A stretch of DNA of 64,000 bases from IMG/VR virus record IMGVR_UViG_2654587510_000002, positions 3,053 through 67,052 of that record, one strand, 5' to 3'. The notes under the pieces were generated by a model. The model was not told where the DNA came from. It saw nothing but the letters and a program-made list of their open reading frames with translations, and did not search any database. Below are positions 9,538 through 18,785 of the stretch, piece after piece (position 1 is the stretch's first letter; each line of letters starts with the position of its first letter). The DNA is from a virus. Lineage: Duplodnaviria > Caudoviricetes. The position numbers were made by a program, and so were the translations under genes.

Positions 9538-10383
9538 ATGAGCATTATGGAACTAGTTATAGTCATTGATGAGTCTGGTGAGAAAGGCAACTCATATCGA
9601 AAAGAAACACAGACTAGAGATTTTGGTCTAATGGCTGCTTATTGCCTTCCGGCTCATGGTTTGGAATATGTTAACTCTACTTTGGAGCGTAAGTTTTCTC
9701 ACCTGTTTCAAAGAGGTGTAAAGCCGCATTTAGCTGATTTATCTCCACAAGAAAGAGAACAGTATCGCGCAGATGCACTTGAGTTTTTGGAATCTCACAA
9801 AATTAGTTGGTCATACACGGCAATCCATGTAAATGGCTTCCACGATCAAATGAGCAAGCGGAGAGGTAAGAAAAATTTACATGAGGCACTATTTGGTATG
9901 CTCATCACCAAGATAGTTGCTCTTGCATACTCAAAAAACACTGATGTACCAATCAAGCTTAAAATTATAAGTGACAACTTAAATTCAGGTGAAATAGTTA
10001 AGTTTAAAAACGAATTGGTAAGTTATTTAGATTTTCTTAAAACAGGAACGATGACGTTTTTACATCCAGTTCGTAGCAAAGAACCTTCCTTAAGAAGGGT
10101 CGATAAATTAGTCGCAACAACACCTGAGGAGCTTCATACTAACTGGGATGTTTCGTTTAGCATATCGACGGAAGTTTCGCCTTTAACTTTTGTAGCAGAT
10201 GTTCTGTCTCATACAACATACAAGTTGTTGAAGGCAAATATAGAAAAAAGTGAAGTTCCCCCTGATAAACTTAACCATGAAAGGCTTATAGATAACCACC
10301 CCCTTAAAGAATACGCGGTTTGCTTGTCGACAGATGGGCTAGAGCTTTCTGAGGACAGTTTCTATAGCTACAAATCGTTATAA
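9538..10383 (+). CDS. Cassette 12: DUF3800-like RNase H-fold protein
   Basis: N-terminal IDESG, central IISD, late ADVL. Confidence 0.7.
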   Translation: MSIMELVIVIDESGEKGNSYRKETQTRDFGLMAAYCLPAHGLEYVNSTLERKFSHLFQRGVKPHLADLSPQEREQYRADALEFLESHKISWSYTAIHVNGFHDQMSKRRGKKNLHEALFGMLITKIVALAYSKNTDVPIKLKIISDNLNSGEIVKFKNELVSYLDFLKTGTMTFLHPVRSKEPSLRRVDKLVATTPEELHTNWDVSFSISTEVSPLTFVADVLSHTTYKLLKANIEKSEVPPDKLNHERLIDNHPLKEYAVCLSTDGLELSEDSFYSYKSL

Positions 10384-10504
10384 CAAGGCGTTTAAGCCAG
10401 ATTCGCAACGCTCGGCATTTTCGGTTTGATTCAGCTTTAGTGTTTACGGCACAATGGTTTATGTTTGGTGGTGGCGTTGCTCACTACTTAACGCGGCGTT
10501 ATAA
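10378..10504 (+). repeat. attC (VXR-like)
   Basis: TTATAAC...GTTATAA. Confidence 0.92.
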
Positions 10505-10519
10505 GTTAATGGAGGCAAA

Positions 10520-10846
10520 ATGGAACTTCGAACATTTGTAAAAGAAACACTAAAAGATGTATTAGGCGGCATTCATGATGCCCAAGCAGAAATTGAACAT
10601 GGTGAAGTTGTCCCACAATTAAACGAAAAAGGCTGGCAAGGACTGGAAACAGGTTTAACTAGTTTTCAGGCAATCGATTTTGAAGTCTCAGTAAATGCCG
10701 TAGAAAAAGAAGGTAGTGAAGCAAAGCTAAGTGTTGTTGCTGCTGTTGTTGGTGGGCATGTAAAAGGTGATAGTTCGAATATAGCTGAGCACACTGCGAA
10801 GTTGAGCTTCAAGGTACCAGTAAAACTGCCAATATCTAGCAAATAA
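10520..10846 (+). CDS. Cassette 13: Trypco2-like protein
   Basis: MELRTFVKETL...IDFEVSV...KLSVV..GG...KLSFKVP pattern. Confidence 0.55.
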   Translation: MELRTFVKETLKDVLGGIHDAQAEIEHGEVVPQLNEKGWQGLETGLTSFQAIDFEVSVNAVEKEGSEAKLSVVAAVVGGHVKGDSSNIAEHTAKLSFKVPVKLPISSK

Positions 10847-10847
10847 C

Positions 10848-10975
10848 TTATAACAAGCAATTTAAGATGGATTCACAACGCTTGGCATTTTTGCTTCTAC
10901 TTCAATTTTAGTGTTTACGGTACAATGTTTTAAGTTGGGTGGTGGCGTTGTTCACCCCTTAATTGGGCGTTAGGC
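10848..10975 (+). repeat. attC (VXR-like)
   Basis: TTATAAC...GTTAGGC. Confidence 0.92.
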
Positions 10976-11009
10976 AATTTCATGTAATTGTATCAAGTAA
11001 GGATTAAGA

Positions 11010-11792
11010 ATGAGTGATTGGGAACATCTATATGATATGCACGCTCAAGGTTATAGTGCAGAGCAAATAGCTGACGCGGCAGCTTGCGGATACAATCCAT
11101 ATGAAACTACCTTGGAAGAACTAGGCTTTTCTTCCGAAGAGTGGGAGCCCTTGGACAACACTCTCGATAGTGAGGCTTTTGAAGTTAACCCTGAACTTGT
11201 AGCAATTTTTATGACGTTGGTTGAAAGTGCTAAATCATTTTATTTGCATACAAATCGCTATCTACAGATCTGGGGAGAGCTAGGTGAGCTATATGCTGAA
11301 ATTGAGTATGGGATCAGACGGCATAAGCCATGTACAAAAGGTTCAGATGGAAAGTTAGGCAACGATTTTATCGAAATTAAAACAATTTCTCCCGAAAAGA
11401 GGAAAGATGAAGTTAAGGTGAAACGAGCCGGAAACTTCAATAAGCTTCTTATTGTAAAAATATCCGCGGATTTTAAGTTTGAAGGGCAATTAATTGCTCG
11501 GAAGGATCTACCTAAAGGTGAAGGTAAGCATGCAAGAGCTCAATGGACAGATAATCAAAAGGGCGCTCATCGGAATTATCAGCAAACTGTAATCACTAAA
11601 GCAATGACGAGTTCGCCTTCAGCTAAAATCTATGTAGCTTTAAAGTATCCAACCGCTCTAGATCTGGATCTTCAAAACAAGCTTGGTCTATCAGAGGCTG
11701 AATTTTCTAAGGCTGTTCATGAACTTTCTAGTTCCCAAAAGATTGTACGTTCCCAAGAAGACAGGAATAAGTGGGTGCGCAATATAAATTAG
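11010..11792 (+). CDS. Cassette 14: PD-(D/E)XK restriction-like nuclease (DUF6998-like) with C-terminal wHTH-like tail
   Basis: GELGELYA...GSDG...IEIKT. Confidence 0.65.
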   Translation: MSDWEHLYDMHAQGYSAEQIADAAACGYNPYETTLEELGFSSEEWEPLDNTLDSEAFEVNPELVAIFMTLVESAKSFYLHTNRYLQIWGELGELYAEIEYGIRRHKPCTKGSDGKLGNDFIEIKTISPEKRKDEVKVKRAGNFNKLLIVKISADFKFEGQLIARKDLPKGEGKHARAQWTDNQKGAHRNYQQTVITKAMTSSPSAKIYVALKYPTALDLDLQNKLGLSEAEFSKAVHELSSSQKIVRSQEDRNKWVRNIN

Positions 11793-11917
11793 CCTAACAA
11801 ACAATTTGAGAGCGATTCAGCACGCTTGGCATTTTTAGTTTGGGTTAAGTTTAGTGTTTACGGTGATCAAACGGGGTGCAGTGCTAGCGTGCTTCACACC
11901 TTAATTGGGCGTTATAT
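11792..11917 (+). repeat. attC (VXR-like)
   Basis: GCCTAAC...GTTATAT. Confidence 0.9.
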
Positions 11918-11995
11918 TTCCAATCTAATTTTACGCAGTGGAACATTTTTTTGTGCTTTTGGTATAGTACGCGGTTTTATGTTCAGGTACACATT

Positions 11996-12400
11996 ATGGT
12001 TAAGCACAAGCTTTGTTTTATTCCTCTCGTTTTCGCAAGCTTTTACACCCATGCAACGGATGTTTTGAGTTGTGAATATACTGAGGTGTCTGCTGCTGGA
12101 GCATGGAAAAATCTAGATTCAAACTATCATGTTGATTATTACTTAGACGCCACAAACGGCAGTGCGATCTCAATTGAAAACAATGCCAAAACTAAGTACG
12201 AATGGCACAGAGTGGACGAAAGTTCAGTAAATGGTAACTTCTTAATATCAAAGCCCACTTTCAACAAGAATACCTATTTTTATACAACTACGACGGTCTC
12301 ATCGGCATACTCGGGGTACACTGTTTCAACAACTTCAAGTATTAATGTATCAACTCCAATAACCATTACTTACCGAGGCCAATGCATGATGGTGAAATAG
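11996..12400 (+). CDS. Cassette 15: putative secreted protein
   Basis: Signal-peptide-like MVKHKLCFIPLVFASFYTHA; paired Cys near both termini. Confidence 0.7.
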   Translation: MVKHKLCFIPLVFASFYTHATDVLSCEYTEVSAAGAWKNLDSNYHVDYYLDATNGSAISIENNAKTKYEWHRVDESSVNGNFLISKPTFNKNTYFYTTTTVSSAYSGYTVSTTSSINVSTPITITYRGQCMMVK

Positions 12401-12430
12401 GAAAAATAACAAAGCATTTAAGAGGAATTC

Positions 12431-13368
12431 TGTAGTTGACCCGATCTAGTGGACACCTTCAATTGTAATTGGAGGTGTTTATGCCAGCTTATAAATCAGG
12501 TAAAAAAACTCAACAATATCTCACGGAATTTAAGGTAACTGTTGTCCGACTTTCGCTTCGAGAAGGACCTACAGTTAAAAGCGTGGCGCTGTCACGATCA
12601 AGAAGGGCAGGTTTTGAAGAAGCGGATAATTAAAGTGTTTACCCAGAGTCGAGAGACTTACGGTAGTTCACGAGTTCATGCAGAGCTTAGGCGTCAAGGA
12701 GTTTTGGTTAGCCGCAAGCGCGTGGCTAGGATCATGCGAGAGCAAGGGCTACGGGCGCGAAGTTATCGTATTTACCTTAAGATGGCCAAGCTACATCGGT
12801 TTTATCAATCGATTAAGAATATTAAAAAAGACATACCCAAACCAACGGCAGTTAATCAACAATGGTCTGGAGATCTAACGTATATCAAGCAAGGTAAACG
12901 TTGGATGTATCTAGCGGTCGTTATCGATCTTTACTCGCGTAAATCGTCGGTTGGTCGCTTGGTAGTAAGAAGAGTACACAACTAACGATGAGTTCGTTGA
13001 GAATGGCAATTAGAAATCGAAAGCCACAAGAGCGCTTATTGTTTCATACCGACAGAGGCTCTGAATATCGAGCCCATCAAGTTCAAGCTTTATTATCAAA
13101 AAATGGAATTGTCCCAAGTATGAATCGTCCAGGTCATTGCACTGATAATGCGGAGGTGGAGTCGTTCTTCCATACGCTCAAAGGCGACATAATTAGGAAA
13201 AATAGTTTTAAAAGTGAGAAGCAGCTTAGAGATAAACTTGCCGGTTATATCCAGCATTTTTATAACCGTTATAGACTGCACTCAAGTCTTGGATATCGAA
13301 CCCCACATGTATATGAAGTAGCGACGGGTTAAAGATAATAGGGTGTCCATTTTATCGGGTGAAGATCA
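12431..13368 (+). mobile_element. IS3-family insertion sequence, internally deleted (938 bp)
   Basis: IRL TGTAGTTGACCCGATCTAGTGGACACC; IRR reverse complement TGATCTTCACCCGATAAAATGGACACC; 3-bp TSD TTC. Confidence 0.92.
12481..13332 (+). pseudogene. IS3 transposase orfA/orfB, deleted and frameshifted
   Basis: orfA start MPAYKSGKK joins directly to orfB; the rve core ([25 protein letters not shown]) is split across two frames. Confidence 0.88.
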
Positions 13369-13492
13369 TTCACAACGCGTGGCATTTTTACTATGCGTTG
13401 ATTTTAGTGATTAAGGTGGTGTGCAGCGGCTTCGGTATTGCGTCGTTCACCCCTTAGCAGGGCGTTATATTTTTTCAACTTTTGAGGTAACA

Positions 13493-15253
13493 ATGAAAAT
13501 AAGTGAAATACAAATATCAAATTGGCGTTCGATCAAAGATGTTAGCATTAATTTTCAAGACTTGATGATTCTCATTGGTCAAAATAATCACGGCAAGTCG
13601 AATGTTTTAAATGCAATCCTATTCTTCTTTGGTGAGATAAAGCCCCAAGATTTGGACTTCAATGATGGCTCAGATGAACTTTATGTGGAAGTGACTTTTG
13701 ATGACTTGGTTGCAAGCGAATTATCTACATTTACGAAGTATGTGACCGCAGACCAAAAAATCAAAGTTAGAAGAACTGCAACAAAAGGTGGCTCATTAAC
13801 CTACCAAGGTTACACACAATCACCAGTCTTTGAGTGGTTAAAGGATGAAAATGCTTCTTCATATACGACGCGCAGCGTTGCCGAAGGACTAGAGTTTTAT
13901 GATTTACTCCCTCCAAGTGGAAGAATTACTAGAGCTAATATACAAGACGCTCAAGCACAGTACATAGAAGCAAATCAGGCAGATTTAGAGTTCAACTATG
14001 AATTAGAATCTACTAATTTTATGGGTGCTAAGAATGTTGCAAAAGGTATATTTGGCGATGTTTTCTATATACCTGCAGTAAAAGTTGCATCAGATGATTA
14101 CTCAAACAATAGCAGTAGTCTATTTAGCAAGCTATACGGTAGGATCATTTCTGATATTTCAGCTAATAGTGCTGGATGGGTTGAGGCTAAGGAAACCGTT
14201 GCTTCATTGTTTAGTTTACTAAATAAACGGGATACTGATGGTAATCCAAATACTCAGAGACCAACGCAGTTAGGAGAATTTGAAACCAAGCTAAATGAAC
14301 AATTGGCTAACTGGGGTTCTGAAGTAGAGCTAGAAGTATTGCCACCAAACGTAGAAGATGTTTTCAAAGCAAACACTCAGGTCTGGGTTAATGATGGTTG
14401 CAAGACGGACGTTTCGAGAAAGGGTAATGGTTTACAGAGAGCTTTAAGTTTCGCACTAATTAAGACGTTAGCCGATATCTTGAGAAATGAACAAGAGAAT
14501 GCTGAAACAACTGGGCGCTCTTCGTCGCAGTCGATGTTCTTTATCCTTGAAGAACCAGAACTCTATTTGCATCCACAGGCGCAGAGAGCGCTGTTAGAAT
14601 CACTAACCCTGTTGTCTAACTCAACAGGAGTGCAAGTTGTTCTTTGCACACATTCTGCTTCGCTAATAGATCTAAGCAAATACAAATCGATTTGTATTAT
14701 ACGTAAAGAAAACGTGGAAGTAGGCTCCAAAGCATGCCAATGCGAAGAGGAATTATTCATTGGCAATGGTAAAAAAGATTTCAATCTCAGTTACTGGATA
14801 AACCCGGATCGTAGTGAGTTGTTTTTTGCAAAGAAAGTCATTCTCGCTGAAGGTGCAACTGAAAAGACGGTAATTCCATTTGTTGCTCAAACTTTGGGTT
14901 GTTTTAAACATGATTATTCGGTTATCGATTGTGGTTCTAAGAACAACATTCCAATGTACTGTAACCTATTGAATAAGTTTAAAATTCCGTATGTTGCAGT
15001 CTATGATATTGACCATCAGGCTCATAAAGATGCTAATGCAAGAGCAACGTCAGATGCTGCTTCTCAAGCAATTGAAGATGCAATTAATGTTACTTATGGC
15101 TCCTCAGTAACATTTGTAAATGATATTGAAGAAGAACTAGGTATGCCTAGAGGTTTTGGCGGTAAGCCTTATGCTGCATTAGAGCATATATCAGCTGAAA
15201 CATATTCACTTCCAGACCAAATTAGAGATAAGGTCATTAATATATACGAATAG
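13493..15253 (+). CDS. Cassette 16: OLD-family ATP-dependent nuclease (ABC ATPase + TOPRIM, GajA-like)
   Basis: Walker A GQNNHGKS, signature GNGLQR, ILEEPELYLHP, THS; TOPRIM LAEGATE and YDID. Confidence 0.92.
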   Translation: MKISEIQISNWRSIKDVSINFQDLMILIGQNNHGKSNVLNAILFFFGEIKPQDLDFNDGSDELYVEVTFDDLVASELSTFTKYVTADQKIKVRRTATKGGSLTYQGYTQSPVFEWLKDENASSYTTRSVAEGLEFYDLLPPSGRITRANIQDAQAQYIEANQADLEFNYELESTNFMGAKNVAKGIFGDVFYIPAVKVASDDYSNNSSSLFSKLYGRIISDISANSAGWVEAKETVASLFSLLNKRDTDGNPNTQRPTQLGEFETKLNEQLANWGSEVELEVLPPNVEDVFKANTQVWVNDGCKTDVSRKGNGLQRALSFALIKTLADILRNEQENAETTGRSSSQSMFFILEEPELYLHPQAQRALLESLTLLSNSTGVQVVLCTHSASLIDLSKYKSICIIRKENVEVGSKACQCEEELFIGNGKKDFNLSYWINPDRSELFFAKKVILAEGATEKTVIPFVAQTLGCFKHDYSVIDCGSKNNIPMYCNLLNKFKIPYVAVYDIDHQAHKDANARATSDAASQAIEDAINVTYGSSVTFVNDIEEELGMPRGFGGKPYAALEHISAETYSLPDQIRDKVINIYE

Positions 15254-15255
15254 AA

Positions 15256-15352
15256 ATATAACAAAGCATTTAAGAGTGATTCGCAACGCTTGGCAGTTTC
15301 GCTTCGCTCAAGTATAGCCAAGCGCCGCTCACACCTTAATGCGGCGTTATGT
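15256..15352 (+). repeat. attC (short, 97 bp)
   Basis: ATATAAC...GTTATGT. Confidence 0.92.
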
Positions 15353-16450
15353 GCTAGTCATACGCTGAACTAAATGTATTAAAATCAGCAAATATTCATA
15401 GTTTGATGCCAACAGAAAGAAAATAAGAATCCAAACCCAAACTTTAAGTTTAAACAGTCTTCGATGTGATGAACTTTGGAATTTTTCAAAACTACTTTTG
15501 TAGTTTGCGAGAGTCGGTTCTTGTTGCGCTATTGTGAGCTCTAAAATTGAAATTTTGTGGTGTAATCGTTTATGTTCTTCACTTGATATTTGACTGGCTT
15601 TTTTTAACCTTACTATCTGTTGTTCACTTGGCTTAATTTTTGACTCTAGATCTTGAATTAATAATTTATGCTGATCATTTACCTTTATTAAATCTTTCAT
15701 TTTAGATTTGAGAATCTGATGTATAGCTTCGTGCTTCTGCGTACTGATTGGATCAATGATCAGATCTGTACACACGCTTTCTTGTAACCAGCCCTCAAGT
15801 CTCTCTTTGTGCTTGTTACGCTCAGTTATAGAGTCAACACGGTTATTATCGCGCTCTGGAGGATATTTCCTAGAATCAGTAATCGAGAACTCAAATATTG
15901 GTATATTACAAAGCTCAAATTCTAACTTTTTGTCATCTTCACACTTATGTGTGTTGGTAACTTCGATTACTAATTTACCACCCCATCTTTCGTACTCATC
16001 GGGATATTGATCTTTGTCGAATACACATAAAATATCAGGATAAAAGACTTTACCATTAGGTAACTCCAACCTTGGTTCTCGATATACATGCGTAAACTTA
16101 AATTTGAAAGTCTGACCTCTGGTAATAATGGTCATTTCTTTCATTGATGAAAGAACATCTACAGCAACTTCATGAGAGTAGGTTTCATCATAAGAACGAT
16201 CCCCTGTGGTTGAATCGCTTTTGGCAAATGCAAAGTGTGGGCTTTTCCCATTTCGAGGTATCAATTCGACTCTGTTATTTGGGTTCGGGTTCCGTGTCAT
16301 ATATTTTCTGTGTTTGTACACTGAATTCCTATATCGCATAGAGTTATCACGAATATCTAGAGCTTCGCGTATATTTACACTTAGATGGTTATTGTTATCG
16401 ACTAGATAAGTATTTGTTCTGGTGTCGAGAACATAAGCTGTCGTCTTCAT
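15347..16450 (-). CDS. Cassette 17 (inverted): CoiA-like PD-(D/E)XK nuclease + coiled coil + C-terminal TM
   Basis: PHFAF, E..SH, YPDILC, VIEVTNTH motifs; hydrophobic C-terminus. Confidence 0.72.
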   Translation of the reverse strand: MKTTAYVLDTRTNTYLVDNNNHLSVNIREALDIRDNSMRYRNSVYKHRKYMTRNPNPNNRVELIPRNGKSPHFAFAKSDSTTGDRSYDETYSHEVAVDVLSSMKEMTIITRGQTFKFKFTHVYREPRLELPNGKVFYPDILCVFDKDQYPDEYERWGGKLVIEVTNTHKCEDDKKLEFELCNIPIFEFSITDSRKYPPERDNNRVDSITERNKHKERLEGWLQESVCTDLIIDPISTQKHEAIHQILKSKMKDLIKVNDQHKLLIQDLESKIKPSEQQIVRLKKASQISSEEHKRLHHKISILELTIAQQEPTLANYKSSFEKFQSSSHRRLFKLKVWVWILIFFLLASNYEYLLILIHLVQRMTST

Positions 16451-16458
16451 TAACTGAC

Positions 16459-16474
16459 CTGTCTATTTATACAG
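16459..16474 (-). promoter_or_regulatory. LexA box
   Basis: CTGTATAAATAGACAG (CTG-N10-CAG), 8 nt upstream of the cassette 17 ATG. Confidence 0.8.
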
Positions 16475-16540
16475 TATTATCTTGCCGTACATTTTGTGTT
16501 TATTCAACAACCAATATAGGGTCTTGTGCATAAAAATCGC

Positions 16541-16667
16541 ACATAGCAAATCGTTTAAGACGGATTCACAACGTGTTGCATTTTTAGTTTAATTTAGCTT
16601 TAGTGTTTATGGCACAATAGGTTAGCTGCCGTGGTTGCGTTGTTCACCACTTAACGCGGCGTTATGC
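16541..16667 (+). repeat. attC with mutated inverse core (TAGC instead of TAAC)
   Basis: ACATAGC...GTTATGC. Confidence 0.85.
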
Positions 16668-16680
16668 AACCGGAGCAAAT

Positions 16681-17085
16681 ATGGATACTGAAATCAAAGT
16701 GACAGAACTACCAGACTTTAACGCCTTTCGTGTAGATGCTGTCCTCCCAAACGGTCACTCTGTCGGTTATATCAATATCTCTCTCAAAGGAGCGATCGCA
16801 GATCTTTGCGACTTATGCGTGAAAGATTCTTATATGTATCTCTGGCCAAATTTTATGCCTGTATTTCTTAGCATCAAGCGAATTAGAAATTACCAGAACA
16901 AGGGTATTGGAAGCCGGCTACTAGTTACAGCTATTGAACACTCAAGAGCTAACGGTTGTACTCAAATGAAAGGTTGGATGCACGGTGACAAAGTTAGGTT
17001 AGAAAGGTTTTATCGATCATTTGGTTTCGAAATTAGTGGAATTAATATCAAACTAGACCTTCGAAATATCCCTACAGGTGCTTAA
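16681..17085 (+). CDS. Cassette 18: GNAT acetyltransferase
   Basis: YQNKGIGSRLL, FYRSFGF. Confidence 0.88.
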   Translation: MDTEIKVTELPDFNAFRVDAVLPNGHSVGYINISLKGAIADLCDLCVKDSYMYLWPNFMPVFLSIKRIRNYQNKGIGSRLLVTAIEHSRANGCTQMKGWMHGDKVRLERFYRSFGFEISGINIKLDLRNIPTGA

Positions 17086-17185
17086 AGCAGCTCAATGTTT
17101 GGAATTTTCAGTTCAAAATTGGATTTCGTGTTAGCAGAGCTCTGGTTTACTTTGGGTAGGAGTGTCGCTCTCGTCCTATATGTGC
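17080..17185 (+). repeat. Degenerate attC remnant
   Basis: Residual VXR-like words (TTGGAATTTTCAGTT, GTGTT, GTCGCTC) without intact cores. Confidence 0.45.
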
Positions 17186-17227
17186 AGTAATGTTCTACCC
17201 TAAGAAGTAACATTTATGGAGGTCGGT

Positions 17228-17552
17228 ATGAATATCAAAGAGTCTGATTGGAAAGTCTTTTGCGAGATAAAGAGTGAAGCAGCGTAAGTGTTTTGTACTC
17301 GGCAGCTAGATGAAGCCATCAAAATGATTACTGATGGATCAGAGCCTGTAGGGGAAAGGTTCAACTTTATGTGCCAGCACTCCAAAGAATCTCAAAAGCA
17401 AATGAAGTTGATTTTTGATGGCCATTCTCGAAGCGAGCATTTATCCAGCTCATGCAGATGTGTTCGGAAGGTTTGGTTGATCCGGAACAATTTGAACGTC
17501 TTTCAGAGGAGCTTAAAAAAGACATTACGAGTATTCTAGAAAGAAGAGCCTA
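17228..17552 (+). pseudogene. Cassette 19 remnant (MNIKESDWKVF... family)
   Basis: GGAGGT RBS, in-frame TAA at codon 20, later frameshift. Confidence 0.7.
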
Positions 17553-18499
17553 AGGAAAGTTAGCTAATCAGGCCGCTTCTTTTTCATAGCTGCAACCATC
17601 TCAATATTACTCCTTTTTATTCGCGAATTCGGATATCCGCTACAATTCTGCTTCGGCAACCTCACTTTTACGAGTTTTATTATACGAGTTGTATTGAAAA
17701 CCTGAGAGTTACTCGTTTTTTTCTCCTTCAAAACGCCGTTGATTTTTAAGAATTAGCACTAGAATCTGGATTGAGATTTCTTCCAAAAAAGTGTCAACAT
17801 TACTTTGTCAATAAAATCTCTAGCTAGCCCTTTAAATCCGTGCGCTCTAGGTGAACTGAAAGTGTCACCTAGAGTGCACGAAGGTGGGGGTTGCGGGAGT
17901 TTATGCTTGTGATGCGACCAGAGACCCACCATCACAAATTCTTGGACCCAAATACTTGAATATTTTTGGTTTGCATAGACGTTCTAGCAATTATTCGGAT
18001 TCCGAATCCATGATTTTTGGCCAGAGAAGCCGAGTGTTATGTTTTGAAAGTGAGTGTGCGGATCAGTGAGTGCCTATAGGCCTTTAAAGTTCTTAATACT
18101 GGATGAGTAGGTTTACTTGCTAATGGCTAGTTCTGGCGTGTTATGTCATTAAATGAGAGTTGAAGGATTGGATTGGATTGGAAGATGGTGTTAAGAATGA
18201 ACGAAAGGCCAGAAGTGTTTTCTTGATCGCCTTTCAGTGTTGTTTGATTAGCCTAGAGTGTATTACGCGGTGGTAACGTCTTGTCCAATACACAGGAATG
18301 TAATTAGGCGGCTCTCAGCGATTTTTAGTTATGCCAAAGGAGTCGTCCCATTATTGATGACGATATTCGTTTTGAAGTGCGTACAAGGCCATACAAGTAA
18401 CATTCTAGATGCTAGTCGGTTTTGTCTTTTTGTTTGAGTAGTGTGTTGAACCTAGCGAAAAAGCGGTCTAGTCTTACTGTTAGAAAAACTACTGTATAA

Positions 18500-18766
18500 G
18501 TCCACCTTTCGTCCACCCTTAATCCACCCAAGCAAGAACGGGATAAAGTGGGGAGGAGGAAAGTTGATTATTTTCAGTGTATTGCGCGAGATTTACGACG
18601 TTTTTGAGGGTTCAAAAACGGTGAAACCCCGATGTTGGTAGAAAATACCCTGATACTTAGTGCAATGCTATTAAAATCAATAGGTTATGAAGTGTTTTTT
18701 GCCATTATGCCTAGTGGCAATATCGGTAAAATCGTCAATTTCACCTCTTTTTAAATCAATAACTTA
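18500..18766. other. Putative phage attachment site
   Basis: TCCACC x3 (18501-18528); IHF consensus AATCAATAGGTTA (18675-18687) and AATCAATAACTTA (18754-18766); core-like IR TTGCCATT-N6-AGTGGCAA (18699-18720); lies immediately after the int stop. Confidence 0.55.
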
Positions 18767-18785
18767 ACTGGGGTTCGTGTGTAAG

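Larger units (their letters stand above)
12404..13470 (+). repeat. attC split by an IS (12404-12430 + 13369-13470)
   Basis: Removing the IS and one TTC copy restores a canonical VXR. Confidence 0.88.
1045..17552 (+). mobile_element. Integron cassette array, ~19 cassettes
   Basis: Regular alternation of single ORFs with TAAC...GTTR imperfect palindromes. Confidence 0.95.

Noticed and set aside
1772-16667. Recurrent ~126-bp repeats as a CRISPR or REP array
   Set aside because: They are attC sites separated by whole genes; no cas genes.
17839-17880. Strong hairpin in the integron-phage gap
   Set aside because: No attC cores, U-tract or second copy; function unsupported.
18130-18160. TTATG..TAAAT as a dif/XerD arm
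   Set aside because: Spacing and XerC arm do not fit the 28-bp dif consensus.
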